Assembly (NCBI RefSeq): GCF_001194135.2
Contig: NC_068990.1
Span: 92,734,561-92,798,560 of the forward strand
Reading direction: 5' to 3'
Origin: Octopus bimaculoides
Lineage: Eukaryota
Length of the DNA: 64,000 nt
The translations under genes and the position numbers were made by a program. The notes beneath the pieces are model-generated. The model did no database searches and had not been told where the DNA came from. It was given only the letters and a program-made list of their open reading frames with translations. Shown here in pieces: positions 36,155 through 50,400 of this stretch. Each line of letters starts with the position of its first letter. Position 1 is the first letter of the stretch.

Positions 36155-36595
36155 TTCCCAGCAGCATTCATTCCAAATTCAGCAGACCTAATTGAACTTG
36201 TTCCTCTCTAATCACATTACACATTTTTTCAATTCAACATCACACATCTTACACTATATAAAGCTCTTCCATCTTACGCACACCACATACAGACCTCTAC
36301 ATTCACTGTCCCATGTTTCACAACTCTACATTATTACATATCAGAACAGCCTCCCTTTTAAACTGAACAAATTATGCCATAACATTAACCACAGAAGTTA
36401 TAACTTAAACTGTGTGTGGTTTTCCCCACAATGTCAACTTGACAAAGTTCAGAGTTCCTCTCATTTCACCAGCTGTGGACATACATGCATAAAAATAGAT
36501 GTCCTGATAGAATCAGAATGAATCTTTTTGGCTGCATGCTGAGGTGGGAGGTAGAATCCATCAATGAAGGAAATACTAATACACAAATATGATGA

Positions 36596-36634
<39 letters not shown>

Positions 36635-37180
36635 ACAATATAGAAAAGAGGAGGATCTAAGTGAAATGGTGTTGTTCAATACAAATATTTTTAACATCTA
36701 TAGGCATGTAATTACACGGCTAATGATTGCTCTAATTGTGTGCAAATACCTGTTAATTATAAGTAGAAGCGTACTGAGTTAAAGACTTTGGTCAACTCTC
36801 ATTTGATAGAAGAAAAGCACGTTATTCTGTGTTGTTCTTAATCTGTTTTTCTACTTATTTTCTCATAATACAATGTTGACAAGGTGTGTGTGTGCATGTG
36901 CATACATGCTTATATTTATATGTGTATATGTATACAACTATGTTCATATGTATGTACATGTGTGTATGCATGTACAGTATGCATGAATGTATGTTATATC
37001 TGTGTGTCTGTGTGTGTGTGTGTGTATACACACTCACACACACATATATATATGTGCATACATACATACATATCTATGTATGTTTGTATAAAAATAAATA
37101 TGTATATTTGAATCATTCAGGACAGACAAATGGCTATATTTAAGGCTAAGGATATTTGTCCTATCACTCCCCAACCACTT

Positions 37181-37277
<97 letters not shown>

Positions 37278-37778
37278 ATATATAAAAACATATATATATA
37301 TATATGACAGTACTGCCTGACTGGCACTTGCGCCAGTGGAACATTAAAAGCACCCTCCAAGCATGATCGTTGCCAGGGCTGCTGACTGGCTCCCGTGCCA
37401 GTGGCACGTAAAAAGCACCATTTGAGCGTGATCGTTGCGGATGGGCTGGAACACACAAAAAATAATTTACAAAACCTAAAGACAATTAAATAAGATACAT
37501 ATGGAAAATTGAAATTATATGAACGAACTAAAAGAGATTCACTAAAAAAATTTTCATATTCATAATATTTACATAACACTGTTGCTAGTATTTTTTTTTA
37601 TTAGAACAGAAGTCTGGGACATTGCTATGTTGTTGCTAAGCTCCATATTGCTCCCAAACATGCAGATCTATTATACAAAAAACAGTTTCAAACATGACCA
37701 TCTCACCTTTTTATTTCCCATATCCAATAGGACCTTTCTTTTAAAGCAATTTAAGGGTGTTTTGTGTGCCATTCCTAA
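34860..37778 (-). CDS. Probable upstream coding exons of the CaaX gene (37707-37778 and 34860-34930)
   Basis: A 72-nt exon (ctcag|TTAGGAATG...AAAAAG|gtgaga) reads LGMAHKTPLNCFKRKVLLDMGNKK in phase 0. A good acceptor (ttttactctcag|) at 34931 opens TQTADTHLQRLLKKAIQLLSISM in the same frame as the downstream Met at 34768. Confidence 0.5.
35297..35520 (+). mobile_element. tRNA-derived SINE, family A (near full length)
   Basis: Head ggcggtgagctggcagaaacgttagc, core gttcaaattc...gactttgccttccatcct, tail ggccttgtgtctagagtagaaaa. Many further copies at about 19207, 31250, 41290, 46590, 48480, 49850 and 57385. Confidence 0.85.
36062..36147. repeat. (CT)n microsatellite
   Basis: Direct reading. Confidence 0.95.
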
Positions 37779-38974
37779 CTGAGTTTGAGGGAGTTGTGAG
37801 TATTATTTCTAGCTAGTACAGGCTCTGTTGTGATCTTAATTAGGTTATTGTTTCAGTGGTTATAAATATTAGAGAAATCTGAAATTTGACTGTATTATTT
37901 ATAGTAAAGATTGTTTGCCAGCACAACATGGCAGTCCTGGTTTAGGACGAATGTTGCTGTAATTTAGCCCCAGCAGACATCATCTCCAGCTGGGTATATG
38001 ACATGATCTGTGTCCTTATATTTTCGAACAAGAGAATCTAGCACCCCCACTCAGCTCAAATAACCCAGAAATCACGACACACAGATATTGTTATGTTGGC
38101 AAACAATCTTTACTCCAAAGTACTGTTGCTGAATATCTCTGGTTGTGAGATTTAAAAATAGTAATTTTCAGTATTATTTATGTTATCAATTTATGAATGA
38201 TTTCCTCATTAATGTTCAATATAATGCGATAGCAATCATTCTAAGAATCACTAAAGACATAGCAGAGAAATGGCCCTACGAACAGGAATCAATAAGTCTG
38301 CATATGTTTAATAAACATCCACCCTTGGAGCCAGGTATCTGTTGCTTACTTTTTGTAAAACGGTTGAAATGTTGAAATATTGGGATCTCAGATAAATTTT
38401 TTTCTGCATGGCACTCTGTACTCATATGTTTGAAAAGAGGGAAAACTTGTTAAAATTTCAAAAATGATTAACAAAAGTGGTACAGGAAATATAGAACTAC
38501 AAAAAAATTTTTTAAAAACTACAATAAAAATATTTTTCGCGTTGATTCAAATGACAATGGAAAGAATTAAGATAAATGGAAAAAAAGAAAAGAAAACCCA
38601 ATGAATTTATCTGACAACTCAATAAAATTAAGAAAAAAATGAATATAAATGATGGAAAACAAATAAAAATGGTGAATATTTACCTGGTTTTGTTGCTAAA
38701 GACCCTCATAAGATGTTTTCAGACAGGGTATAGGTGAGAAAAGGCCAACAGGGGTGAAAGAGTCATAGAATAAGAAGTTTAGATGGGTGTGTATGTATGT
38801 GAGTATGTGTGCATGTCAGTGAGAGATATCTATATGCGTGTGTGTGTGTGTGTGGTACTCTAGAGAGTGGGAAGTGACTTGTTTTACTCTGCGGTTCATA
38901 TTTTTGAAATACTTACATGCAAGCACTTGTACTTATACACTCTAAAAGACACACACATGCATTTATATATATGC

Positions 38975-38989
38975 ATACATACATACATA

Positions 38990-39072
<83 letters not shown>

Positions 39073-39115
39073 GTATATATATATGTGTATATATGTATAT
39101 AGATATATATACACG
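38975..39115. repeat. (AT)n microsatellite
   Basis: Direct reading; similar arrays at about 470, 9580, 16580, 37225 and 62895. Confidence 0.95.
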
Positions 39116-39435
39116 CATGCACTCACTCATACACACCCTTCACTCCTATTCTACAAACAGTTCTATTCATGTTGTTAGACGTAGTTACGTACTGGATACT
39201 GGAGTTGGTGGAAGCCAATGAGTGTGGAATCGGTGCTGAGGGAATAGTGCAGAGATCCAGCTACACACACACACACAAACACACATGCATGCACACACAT
39301 ACACACTGGTCTACAAATATATGTTACTCTCTCATATATATGTATGAGTGTTTTTGTATGTGTGTGTGTGTGTGTGTGTGTATCAACTGGTGTGTTTGAA
39401 CTAGGATTGGTAAGTAGTCTCATTTAGGATGTATG

Positions 39436-39600
<165 letters not shown>

Positions 39601-40626
39601 TAATGGTGTGGGTGACATTGAGTTAGATAATTAATACACTACAAGTTATTTAACTGTTAATAATTGGTCAGTTTAGTGGTTGATTAGGGTGGGGGCTAAA
39701 GGACTAATATTACTGAGCCACCCACACCACCTGCACCACCACCACCACCACCACTACAACAACTACTGTAGAACTGTAGCACAATTTAATGTTTAAAGTC
39801 CAAGAAATGAAAAGAAATGAAAAAAGTAGAGAAATGGAGAGAAAAAGACAACAACAGGGATTGAAAACCAGGTCATGGACATAACTTAGAAGGAGCTTAC
39901 CTCTAAGAATAATGATAATTTAATAAGTGGGAGACATTTATAGCACTGTATGTGGGTGATATTATTGTACTAACCTCTTGAAGAGATGGAACTATTGTGT
40001 AAGTCTGGTGCTATGGAAAACCCTCATTCTGGTAATGGTTTACATATAATTTCCATTATGTTTGCTTAAAGATTTTTGCTATTTTCTGTATCTTCAAGTC
40101 TTCACATAACTGGAGTCCCTTTCCTCATCAATCTGCATTAAATTTGGTCTGAAATAGTCATGTAAATGTTTCTAGCTTTTTGTCAGTTCTTTGTTGGGTG
40201 AAGAACTGCATTCTTCATTTCAATATGAGAGTGCTGGGTCCCATCTACTTTTTGCTTGCCTTATCTTGGAGAGTATTTATTTCCAGGACCTTACTGTTTC
40301 TGGCAACTTACCTGCCCTACCCGTGCTTTCCGTCCCCTCTTCATCTTTTCCACAAGATACTGCTGGTTATTGCTGCATAGGGGAACCTTCAGTCTTCTAG
40401 AATCAAGGAAGAGGCAATCTCCTTCAATGTTTCTGGAACAACAAAGTCTGCTGGTCCTAGGATTTGGTATAACCTTAGAACCAGCTACCTCTGTTGTTGC
40501 CATTGCTGTTTTTTCATTTCTTCTGGATATAAGAAATCTTTAAATATCCATTCCTACCACATATATTTTCTACCTTGAAAAACCAGCCATAAAACTTTTC
40601 TGCCAGGACTCATTTCAGGACACAAC

Positions 40627-40760
40627 TACTTCAGAATTGTTTCATGGTTTTGAAGGGTCTTAAAATCTTGTACTTCAGAATTGTTTCATGGCTTTGAAGA
40701 GTCTTAAAATCTTGTACTTCAGAATTGTTTCATGGTCTTGAAGGGTCTTAAAATCTTGTA
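40627..40760. repeat. Tandem repeat, 3 x 44 bp
   Basis: tacttcagaattgtttcatggttttgaagggtcttaaaatcttg starting at 40627, 40671 and 40715, with few substitutions. Confidence 0.9.
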
Positions 40761-41681
40761 TGTCTGCCACTACTGTCACCAGCGCCAGCGCCACCACCAC
40801 CACCACCACCACCACAACAACAACAACAACAAAAGAACATCATCATCATCATCACCATCATGGTGATCATCATCATTTTAATATTCACTTTTCCATGTTT
40901 GGATGAGATCAGACAGAAATTGTTTAAGGCAGATTTTCTACTTTTTATTTCAAAAATTATTTTTATCAGTTGAAAATGAAAAAGACTTTTTTTTTTCCTT
41001 TAAACAGATTCATTGTTGCTCCCTTTCTTATTACTAATCTTCAGTTTCACAAGTAGAGGCAGCCATGTTGAAAAATTATTCTAAGCACAATAAAAATTTC
41101 ATTAAAAAATTTCAAATGATGTTTAAACCAATCTTCTGTCTACCTCACATACCAAAATAGTGACATGCCAACATTCCAGCATCCATTGTTTGTAAGATGA
41201 GCCAAAATGAAACAATTATCATTCAGTAAAACTTGTAAATAATCCAAAAATTCTTGGAAAGCTTTATAACGCTTCCAACAAACACAAATAATGGTTTCAA
41301 ATTTTGGCACAAGGCCAGCAATTTTAAGGGAGGGGATGAGTCGATTACATTGTTCCCTGTGCTCATCTGCTACTATTTTATCAACTCAAAAAGGATGAAT
41401 GGCAAAGTCAACCTTGGTGGAATTTGAACTCAGAATGCTAAAAGTTGGAAGAAATGTTGCTAAGCATTTCATTCCATGTGCAAATGGTTCAGCCAGCATG
41501 CCACCGGATGACAAAAAAAAAAAAAAAAGAAACAAATTTTGGCATAAGGCCAGTGATTTATCAACCCCCAAAAGATGAAAGGCAAAGCTGACCTTGACAG
41601 CTAGAAGAGTCGGTGCTAAGCTTTTCGTCTAAAGAGGTAATGATTCTGCTTGTTCACTACCTTCATAATAATAATCATCAT

Positions 41682-42430
41682 CATCATCGTTTAACGTCCG
41701 CTTTCCATGCTAGCATGGGTTGGACGATTTGACTGAGGACTGGTGCAACCGGATGGCTACACCAGGCTCCAATCTAATTTGGCAGAGTTTCTACAGCTGG
41801 ATGCCCTTCCTAATGCCAACCACTCAGAGAGTGTAGTGGGTGCTTTTACGTGTCACCCGCACGAAAACGGCCACGCTCGAAATGGTGTCTTTTATGTGCC
41901 ACCCGCACAAGAGCCAGTCCAGGGGCCCTGGCAACGATCTCACTTGGCTTGCCGGGTCTTCTCACACACAGCACATTTCCAAAAGTCTCGGTCAGTAGTC
42001 ATCGCCTCGGTGAGGCCCNNNNNNNNNNNNNNNNNNNNNNNNNNNNNNNNNNNNNNNNNNNNNNNNNNNNNNATGTTCAGCTTTTCTCTCAAGATACTTA
42101 CACTCTGACGGGTATGCACATTTACATTACACATCCAGCGGAGCATACTGGCTTCATTCCTTGCGAGCTTACGCATGTCCTCAGCAGTCATAGCCCATGT
42201 TTCACTGCCATGTAGCATGGCTGTTCGTACACATGCGTCATACAGTCTGCCTTTTACTCTGAGTGAGAGTCCCTTTGTCGCCAGCAGAGGTAAGAGCTCT
42301 CTAAACTTGGCCCAGGCTATTCTTATTCTAGCAGTTACACTTTCAGCGCACCCACCCCCACTACTAACTTGGTCACCCAGATAGCGGAAGCTATCAACTA
42401 CCTCTAGTTTTTCTCCCTGGAATGAGATAG
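41682..42430 (-). mobile_element. RTE LINE 3' fragment spanning a small gap
   Basis: [20 protein letters not shown]...ARIRIAWAKFRELLPLL...; same 3' UTR and tail as 504-2610. Confidence 0.9.
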
Positions 42431-42473
42431 TTGTTTCCTGTTTGTTAATAATAATAATAATAATAATAATGAA

Positions 42474-42689
42474 AATGGTTTCAAATTTTGGCACAAGGGC
42501 AGCAATTTCAGGGGAGGGGATGAGTTGATTACATTGACCTCAGTACCCAACTGGTACTTAATTTATTGACCCCGAATGAATGAAAAGCAAAGTCGACCTC
42601 AGCAGAATTTGAACTCAGAACGTAATGGCAGACGAAATACCACTACGCATTTCATCCAGCATGCTAATGATTCTGCCAGCTCACCACCT

Positions 42690-42692
<3 letters not shown>
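42474..42692 (-). mobile_element. SINE family A copy
   Basis: Reverse complement of the family A consensus, flanked by (TAA)n. Confidence 0.85.
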
Positions 42693-42727
<35 letters not shown>

Positions 42728-43687
42728 TTCTTTTATTAGCCACAAGGGCATAGATGAGGGGATATCACAAGGATTTCGGATCTTTTTTGTTTGGTTGCAC
42801 TTTCTAAAATTTTCAAATTTGGAGTATTGGTGTAATTTTCCATGCTGAATCTCAAAGCCAAATTCATTTATTCTAGAAAATTTTTTTTTTAAATGTTACG
42901 AGTTTTAAAGTTTGATCATTTTTACTCAGTCAGAAAACAGGATTTGGAAGCTGTCATTTTGTGCATCACTGCACGTGTTGTCAACATTGTGATGATAGCA
43001 TCTGTTTTAATATCAAACTGTAAACAAACTGGCAGAATTCTGCTTTACGCACGCCATATAACTTTTCATAACTTCTTTATTTTTTATAATTTTCAGAAAA
43101 GTTTTTGAAAATTTGTATTCTACACATGGGAATTCATATGATTATGCAAAAACCAAATAAAAATTTCGGTGCATGATTTAAGGCCTATTTAGCTGTTATT
43201 TTTAGCACATCTCACAACTACCTCACGAGTTTTAAGCATTTAATTAGTGAAAAATGACCATGTGGGTTCAGTGTGGCACCTTGGACAAGTGTCTTCTACT
43301 ATAAGCCTTGGGCTGACCAAAGTCTTGTCAATGGATAAAGTAAACAGAAAACTGCTTGTCATATACACATGCATGTATGTGTGCGTGGCCTTGTCTTGAT
43401 ATTGTATGATTGTTATAAACAATCATCACCATCATAGAAGTAGTGTTGTCAATTTAACTGAAAACATGTCCAACCTTAGGAAAATATTACATCACTTGGA
43501 AACAGGTGAGCGTTGGTTGATAATAAGAGTATCTGAATGTAGGAAATCTACCTTAATGAATTCAGTATGACTCATGCAGGCATAGAAATAAAGAAATAGA
43601 TGTTATGATGGCAATGCTGATGATGCATAAACAAAAAAACAAGAAATAAAATATCAACGAAGACGTAAGTCAAGATTGAGAAATTTA

Positions 43688-46600
43688 TTACCAAAATTTC
43701 AGTGCTATATTAAAGTACCGCAATATGACTATTGGTGTACAGGAAAGAAACATATATACAACAAGGATCATTATTGCTTGCATAGTTTGGGTATAGAGAG
43801 TTTTGACTGCATAATTGACAGCTCCAGTTAAGAGGTTACAGATGAGGAAAAATAGTAAACCATTGTAGTTGATAGCATCGAGGATACAAAGTTTGGAGAC
43901 TGTAAAATCAGGGTTCGTATTAGGAGAGTTACTTTTCTTTTGACCTAGTAAAGAAAGAAGCAAAAATAATAATAATAATAATAATAATAATAAGCAATTG
44001 TGAAAGAGATATAACATATGTAATTTTTAAAAATAAATAATGGTTTCTAATGATGTTTTTTGAAAGTGATCATATAATAATAAAGTTTTCACAATTTCAA
44101 ATTTAGAAAAGTGGTGAGAGGCAAATACATGGTCGGCTGGTTGTGAGGATTACTTCCCAATCATGTGGTCTTGGGATCAGTTCTCTGGGTGGCACCTTGG
44201 GCAAGTGTCTTCTATAACTAATGCTTTCTATTATAGCCCTAAGGCTGGCCAAACAACTGTGAATAGATTTGGTAGAGCAAAACTGAAAGAAACACATTGT
44301 ATCTTCATCGTCTAATGTTTGTTTTCATGAGTTAAATGATTTGACAGGATCCAGAAAACCCACAGAGATGCTTCATGCTAAGTTGAGCGTGTGTGCGTTT
44401 GCATATGAGTGTGTGCCATTGTGGCTCTCAACTGGGGTCCATATGACCTGGGGTGGGGGGAGGTCAGAAGATTTTGTTGTTAAAAATTGTTCAAATAAAG
44501 TCGGTTATACTTCCACAATGCACAAAACATTTTAACAATTTCTTTTATACAATTCCTAATAATATTTAAGTCTAAAGATGTTTTGTTTTGTTTCATTTGA
44601 AATGGCTACTTTAGGGTCCAGTAGAGTAAAACTGGAATGGAAGGGGTCCACTAGTAAAAAAAGGTTGACAACCTCTGTTCTAGACATTACATTATGATAG
44701 TAAACGAGCATCACCACCATACAAGCAGTGCTGTTCCTTTCCAGTCTTCCACGAAAAACATATCTAGCAATGAGAAAGCATTACTTTGCTTGGAAACAGG
44801 TGAGGGTTCAGGTCCACTGCATGGCATCTTGGAAGGGCATCCAACCAACACCACCAAAGTTTACTAATATCATCTCTTATTTTTATTCTCTTTCTCTTTT
44901 TCTCTCTCTGACTTTCTTGCATGTTTTCTCTCTCTCTCTCATCCTTGGTCCGCTATTTCTGCCACTTCCCCCCCTCCCTTACTATTTCTTCTTTTACTCT
45001 CTCTCTCTCTATATATATATTTTACTGCTTCTCCCCCACCCCGCTCTCTATTTCCATTCACCATTATCGTCACTAACCTCGCTGCCGCCGCCACCAACAC
45101 CACAACTATCATCTTTTTTTTTAACTCTATCTGAGTTACTTCCCTTCACATAATATTGTATTTGATGTTCTGAGCTCAAATTCTGCCGAGCTTCTTAGTT
45201 TTTCCGTTTTTCTAGTACAGCAGCATTTGTTACTCTGTCTTTCCAACTTATTCTTCCTAATTTGAAATCCACATCTCAAAGGCTTCTTTCTTCTCCAATG
45301 CTATTATACATTGTCCACATAAATATACAGAGAAACAATAAACCACCCATTATAAACCCCACAGACAAAATTAGGGATGAAACGATCAACTTACTACTTT
45401 TCGTTTTAGACTGTTTTTGAGAGGAAGCCAACAGTGAAATAATTAACTCAGCAGCAAGTAAAATAGCTAATTCTTGAGTAGTGAGGGCCACCTGCAGATA
45501 GAGAAACATAGAGACATATACTTTATTGATATTTAGGATTGATTACAAATAAAAATAGTCATAAATATAAAGATATATTTTATATATTTCTTTCAACACA
45601 TAAATACTGAGAGAACAGCATATACAGGATAAAATCCTCAAAGAGCAGAAAATATTTTCCCAGCTCTGTAAGGATTTTGTCCTACGTATGCTGTTCTAGC
45701 AGTATTTATGTGTTGAAAAACAAAAAATATCTTTCTACTTGTTCTACAATCCATTTCAGCGCTTCAAAAAAACTTATGCTTGTTTACACATGATGTAATT
45801 TATTCTTTTTCTTTTATCCGTTTCAGTCATTTGACTGCGGCCATGCTGGAGCACCACCTTTTAGTTGAGCAAATCGACCCCAGGACTTATTCTTTGTAAG
45901 CCTAGTACTTATTCTATCGGTCTCTTTTGGTGAACTGCTAAGCTGTGGGGGACATAAACATACCAGCATCGGTTGTCAAGCAATGTTGGAGGGGGACTCA
46001 TCTTGCAAGTTACTTGGTGGCCTCGGTAGTGCTGGTGCCACAAAAAAAAAAAACCACCCTGTACACTCGGTAAAGTGGTTGACATTAGAAAGGGCATCCG
46101 GCTGTAGAAAGCACATGAAAACTGAGACACTGGAGCTTGGCACGGCCCTCTCGCTCATTGGTTCCTATTGAACCCTCTGACCCATACAAAGCATAGAAAG
46201 AGAAACATTAGATGATGATGATGATAATGGAGATTAGTTGAAATTAAAGGCCAGACTGGAGTCTGATGCAGCCTACCAGCATGTCAGCCCAGTCAAACCA
46301 TCCAACCCATGACAGCATGGACAATGGACAACAAATGATGATGATGATGATGAATATACTTACTATCCAAATAATATATGGTAAATTGACCAAACGTCTG
46401 GATATTGGTCCAATAACATGTCGACATACTCGAAGGAGAAGCCAACAGCCTATACAGAATCCGGTCAGTCCTTGCAGGCATTTTAGCCAATCAAACAGTG
46501 TATTCCTGTAAAAGTAGACATTTGCTATCAATATTTTTATGATGGTCACAGAGTTTCAAAATTACGACAAGAGCCAAATATTAAAACATTGATCTCAAAT

Positions 46601-47398
46601 TTTGGCACAAGGCCAGCAATTTCAAGGGAGAGGGGTTAAGCCGATTACATTGACCCCAGTGTTCAACTGGTACTTGTTTTATCAACCCTGAAAAGGATGA
46701 AAGGCAAAGTCGGCCTCGGCAGAATTTGAACTCAGAACATAAAGGTGGATGAAACGCTGCAAAGCCTTGTTGTCCAGCAGGGCAATGGCTCACCCTGCTC
46801 TCAATGCCCTTCAATCTTTGGATATGATTCGGGAGCATTAATCAGGATTTTGGTGTCCACAATCATGAGGAAACATAGAGTCTCTTTCTCTCAGCCTTCC
46901 CACGATTGACTCTGTGGAACATCAAGGATGTGACAGCTGGGGGGGGGGGGGGGAGAGAGAACTGCAGCATCAGCTGACTGGAGTAACATGAAATGAAGAG
47001 CCTTAATCAAGGATAGTACTGCACTGCCTAGTCTAAGAACTGTGTGCCTTGGGTATGTCCTGCTGTGGTTTGCTGTGATGCTCTTATGGTTACTGTATTG
47101 AAAGTGCTTTACGTAGGATGTGTGTGGTGCCTAGTAGTGCTATTTTCTATATGTTATATATACTTGTAAGTCCTGGTGTTTTTGTTATGTATTTGTCTGA
47201 ATATTTTTTTTATTAGACCTAAGGCGCCCACTATGATAGGAATTGTTTCTGTTTTTCGATTCCACATTCGAGTTACCTCTATTTCCAGGTCTTTGTATTT
47301 TGAAAGTTTTTCCATTTCTTTTAGAGAAACGTTGTCATCTGCTGGTATTGATACATCAATTAGAAAGCATTGATGTATCAATACCAGCAGATGAATGG

Positions 47399-47434
<36 letters not shown>

Positions 47435-50400
47435 CATTATTTCTAAACTATAATTTATGGACAAACATTCTATATTTCAGGGGCCATTAAGGGATAGTCA
47501 ATAACAACAAAAGTAACATTCCAAACAGACAAACATTTAGATTCACTCATTCTATAACATGAGGAAGCAGACAAACTGCTAAACTAGACAAAGATTGATC
47601 AAACGAACTGCATAATATCAAAGCAGTCATAAATCAGCTGAGGTAAGTATCATATACAATTATAAATACCTTGTTCCAAAGAGAAACTGTCCCAGTTGTA
47701 CACCGGCAAAGTAGAGGGCCATGTAACCAAATGATGAGAAGATGCCTTCACGATTAGCATCGAACAGACCTTTTCTTGTTCCTTGTCCATCCCAGCCATT
47801 GATAATGTATTTCTCGAGACCAGAATACAAGCACCACTGGTAACCAGCACATATAATGAGACTGAGGATCCAGCTCTTACATCTTCCAGAAAAAATGCAG
47901 CAAAAAAGGGTTGAGAGAACCTGGTTTGGGAGGATGAAAACAGAATTAATAATCATCAATGACATCATCATCATAATCTCCACCACCTTCATTATCATCA
48001 TCATTATTGTCATAATCATCACCATCACCACTGCCATCATAGTTGTCATTAACATTGTCAGTTAAAAAATAGGTACAACACATTAACACCACAGAGTCTT
48101 CACTTGACTACTTGACTTTGATCAGACAGCAGACTGACAGACAGACAGACAAAAATTGAAAGTTTCAGTTTCCGTCTACCAAATCCACTCACAAGGCTTT
48201 TATTAGTCCAAGGTTATAGTAAAAGATACTTGCCCAAGATGCCATGCAGGGGGACTGAACCCAGAACCATGTGGTTGGGAAGCAAGCTTCTTATCACACA
48301 GACATTTCTATACAGTTCTCAGACAGTACTCATATGTAAGTGGATTGTAAACTACATTCACACCACAAAAACTTTCTCTTGTATAAAGTTATTTCTTTCT
48401 TAGCAAGTTGACTGAATTGTGGCAAAAAGATTGAAAGGGTTCTTGTAAATTCCTTTCCTTGGCTCCTTCAATGGAACCAATTCTAAGAGGGACATGGGAC
48501 AAATGGCTCCAGTACTTGACTGCTACTTATTTAACAATCTCAAAGGTGATGAAAGGCCAAGTTGACCTCAGAAGGATTTGAACTCAGAATGCAGAAAATT
48601 GGAACAAATGCCAGAAGGTATCTTATCCTGCTCTGTAACAACTCTATTAGTTCATCACCTTATATGGCTATGGGATTTTTTTTTTTTTTGTATACAGTTG
48701 GACTGTTAACTTCAGTCACAGCACAAAGATTGCTTCTAGACCAAGTTATTAAATATTTCCAGATATCTCCTGTGACTGAAGGATTAACTGGTGCTGAACA
48801 TCTGATCCCATATTTAACTGCATTCAATTCTTTCTCCCTTGAACTACAAGTTTCTAAAATATTTCCCTTCCCACATTTTGCTTTTCATGCTCTCAACCTG
48901 AATAAAAAAGAAAAAAATGAAACTGATCATCAGCTGCCTCAGCTTTAGGTTGATGTAGTTTCCTCACTGAAAGAAAGAAAACCTGCAAATAACCAAAATA
49001 ATTTTTAACAAAATGAAATGGGATAAGTAAAACTAGAAATGAAAGAAGATGGTATACTAGGTCAATTAGTATCTTTTTTCAAACAGTTCCATGAGAATGT
49101 CATAGGTTTATTGGGAGGGAATTAAACACTTACCTTTACAACTGCTAGAGTGAAGAAAAAGTTCCAATGGACACCATACTCAGAATAATGTTCTTGGTAG
49201 TCTGTCCCTTTCACAACGATCATTCGACTGAGGCCAAGGGTCAGTAGTGGAACACAAGCCTTCATTGAGAGAAACAACACAGACAACCAGTCTAAGAATG
49301 ATCTAGATTAAAGATAGAAATTGGTTAGAATTTTAACATAGTCTAAACTTAAAAGACTTTTTACTGACTAAGACAAGTATTTTGGAGTTATACATTCCAT
49401 CAGAACAATTTTCAGTGGCATCAAAATGGCCAACAAATTATACTATAAGCAAATTAGGAAGATTATGAATGTTATATCCAGATAAACAACTGCTAAATAT
49501 AGAGATTTAGATTACAAGTTCTTTGCATAAATGAAAAATAGGGGTGCATCTTCTCTGATGAGGAGGCAATCACCCTCAAAACAGGATTCTCAATTATTTT
49601 TCTGCTTTCTTAAAAGAACAATAAGATGTTTTCACACCAGCTGCAATCTTCATAGCCATGGCTTTCAAATAAATAAATGTAGATTTATCTATATTATACA
49701 TGTGTCAGAAATTCTGAATTATTCTGTATACAATACATATATATTCATGACATCTTTTAGTCAAGAGGGAGGAAGATATCCTCAAACCAGAAACTGTTGA
49801 AGGCACCCAAGGTACCGGGTGGTAGTGTTAAACCTGGCAACAACTTAACAGTATCACCATGGCAAGATTTGAACTCAGAATGCTAAGAGATGAAAAAGAA
49901 TACTACAAAGCAACTGGTTCAATGTTCTCATAGTTCTGCCAGTCTTGGATTGGTAACTTTTTTTTATCAACCCTAAAAGAATGAAAAGCAAAGTTGAATT
50001 TGTGAGGATTTGAACTCAGATCACAGACACTTCAAACAAATACCACAAAGCATTCTGTTCAACACTCAAATAAACTACAATATACACATCAACATTACAT
50101 CAACTTTACATGCTGGCACTGGTTGGATAGGCTGTCATGGCTCAAGCCAGATGACCATGTGTCAATCATACACTTCAATTTTGGTATGGTTTGAGCTGTC
50201 CAAAGAGATGATGGTCAGAAGGGGCAAGATGTGGCTATTCCAGCAATTCAAAACTCAATTTTTCAATGGTTTCAGTGGTGTGGGTGGCCGTATGCTGGTG
50301 TGCATTGTCCTGCAACAATAACATTTGCTTTAACAGCAGACTTCAGTGTTTGGTGTGAATTGCTGGTTTCGGTCTGTTGGTCAGCATTTCACTGTAGCCT

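Noticed and set aside
40312-40503. Possible further upstream exon of the orphan gene (MATTEVAG...RVGQ|gtaagt, phase 0)
   Set aside because: Phase-compatible with a good donor, but no homology support and the region reads like decayed TE sequence; not included in the model.
40627-40760. CRISPR-like appearance of the 44-bp repeats
   Set aside because: No spacers, no cas genes, eukaryotic context.
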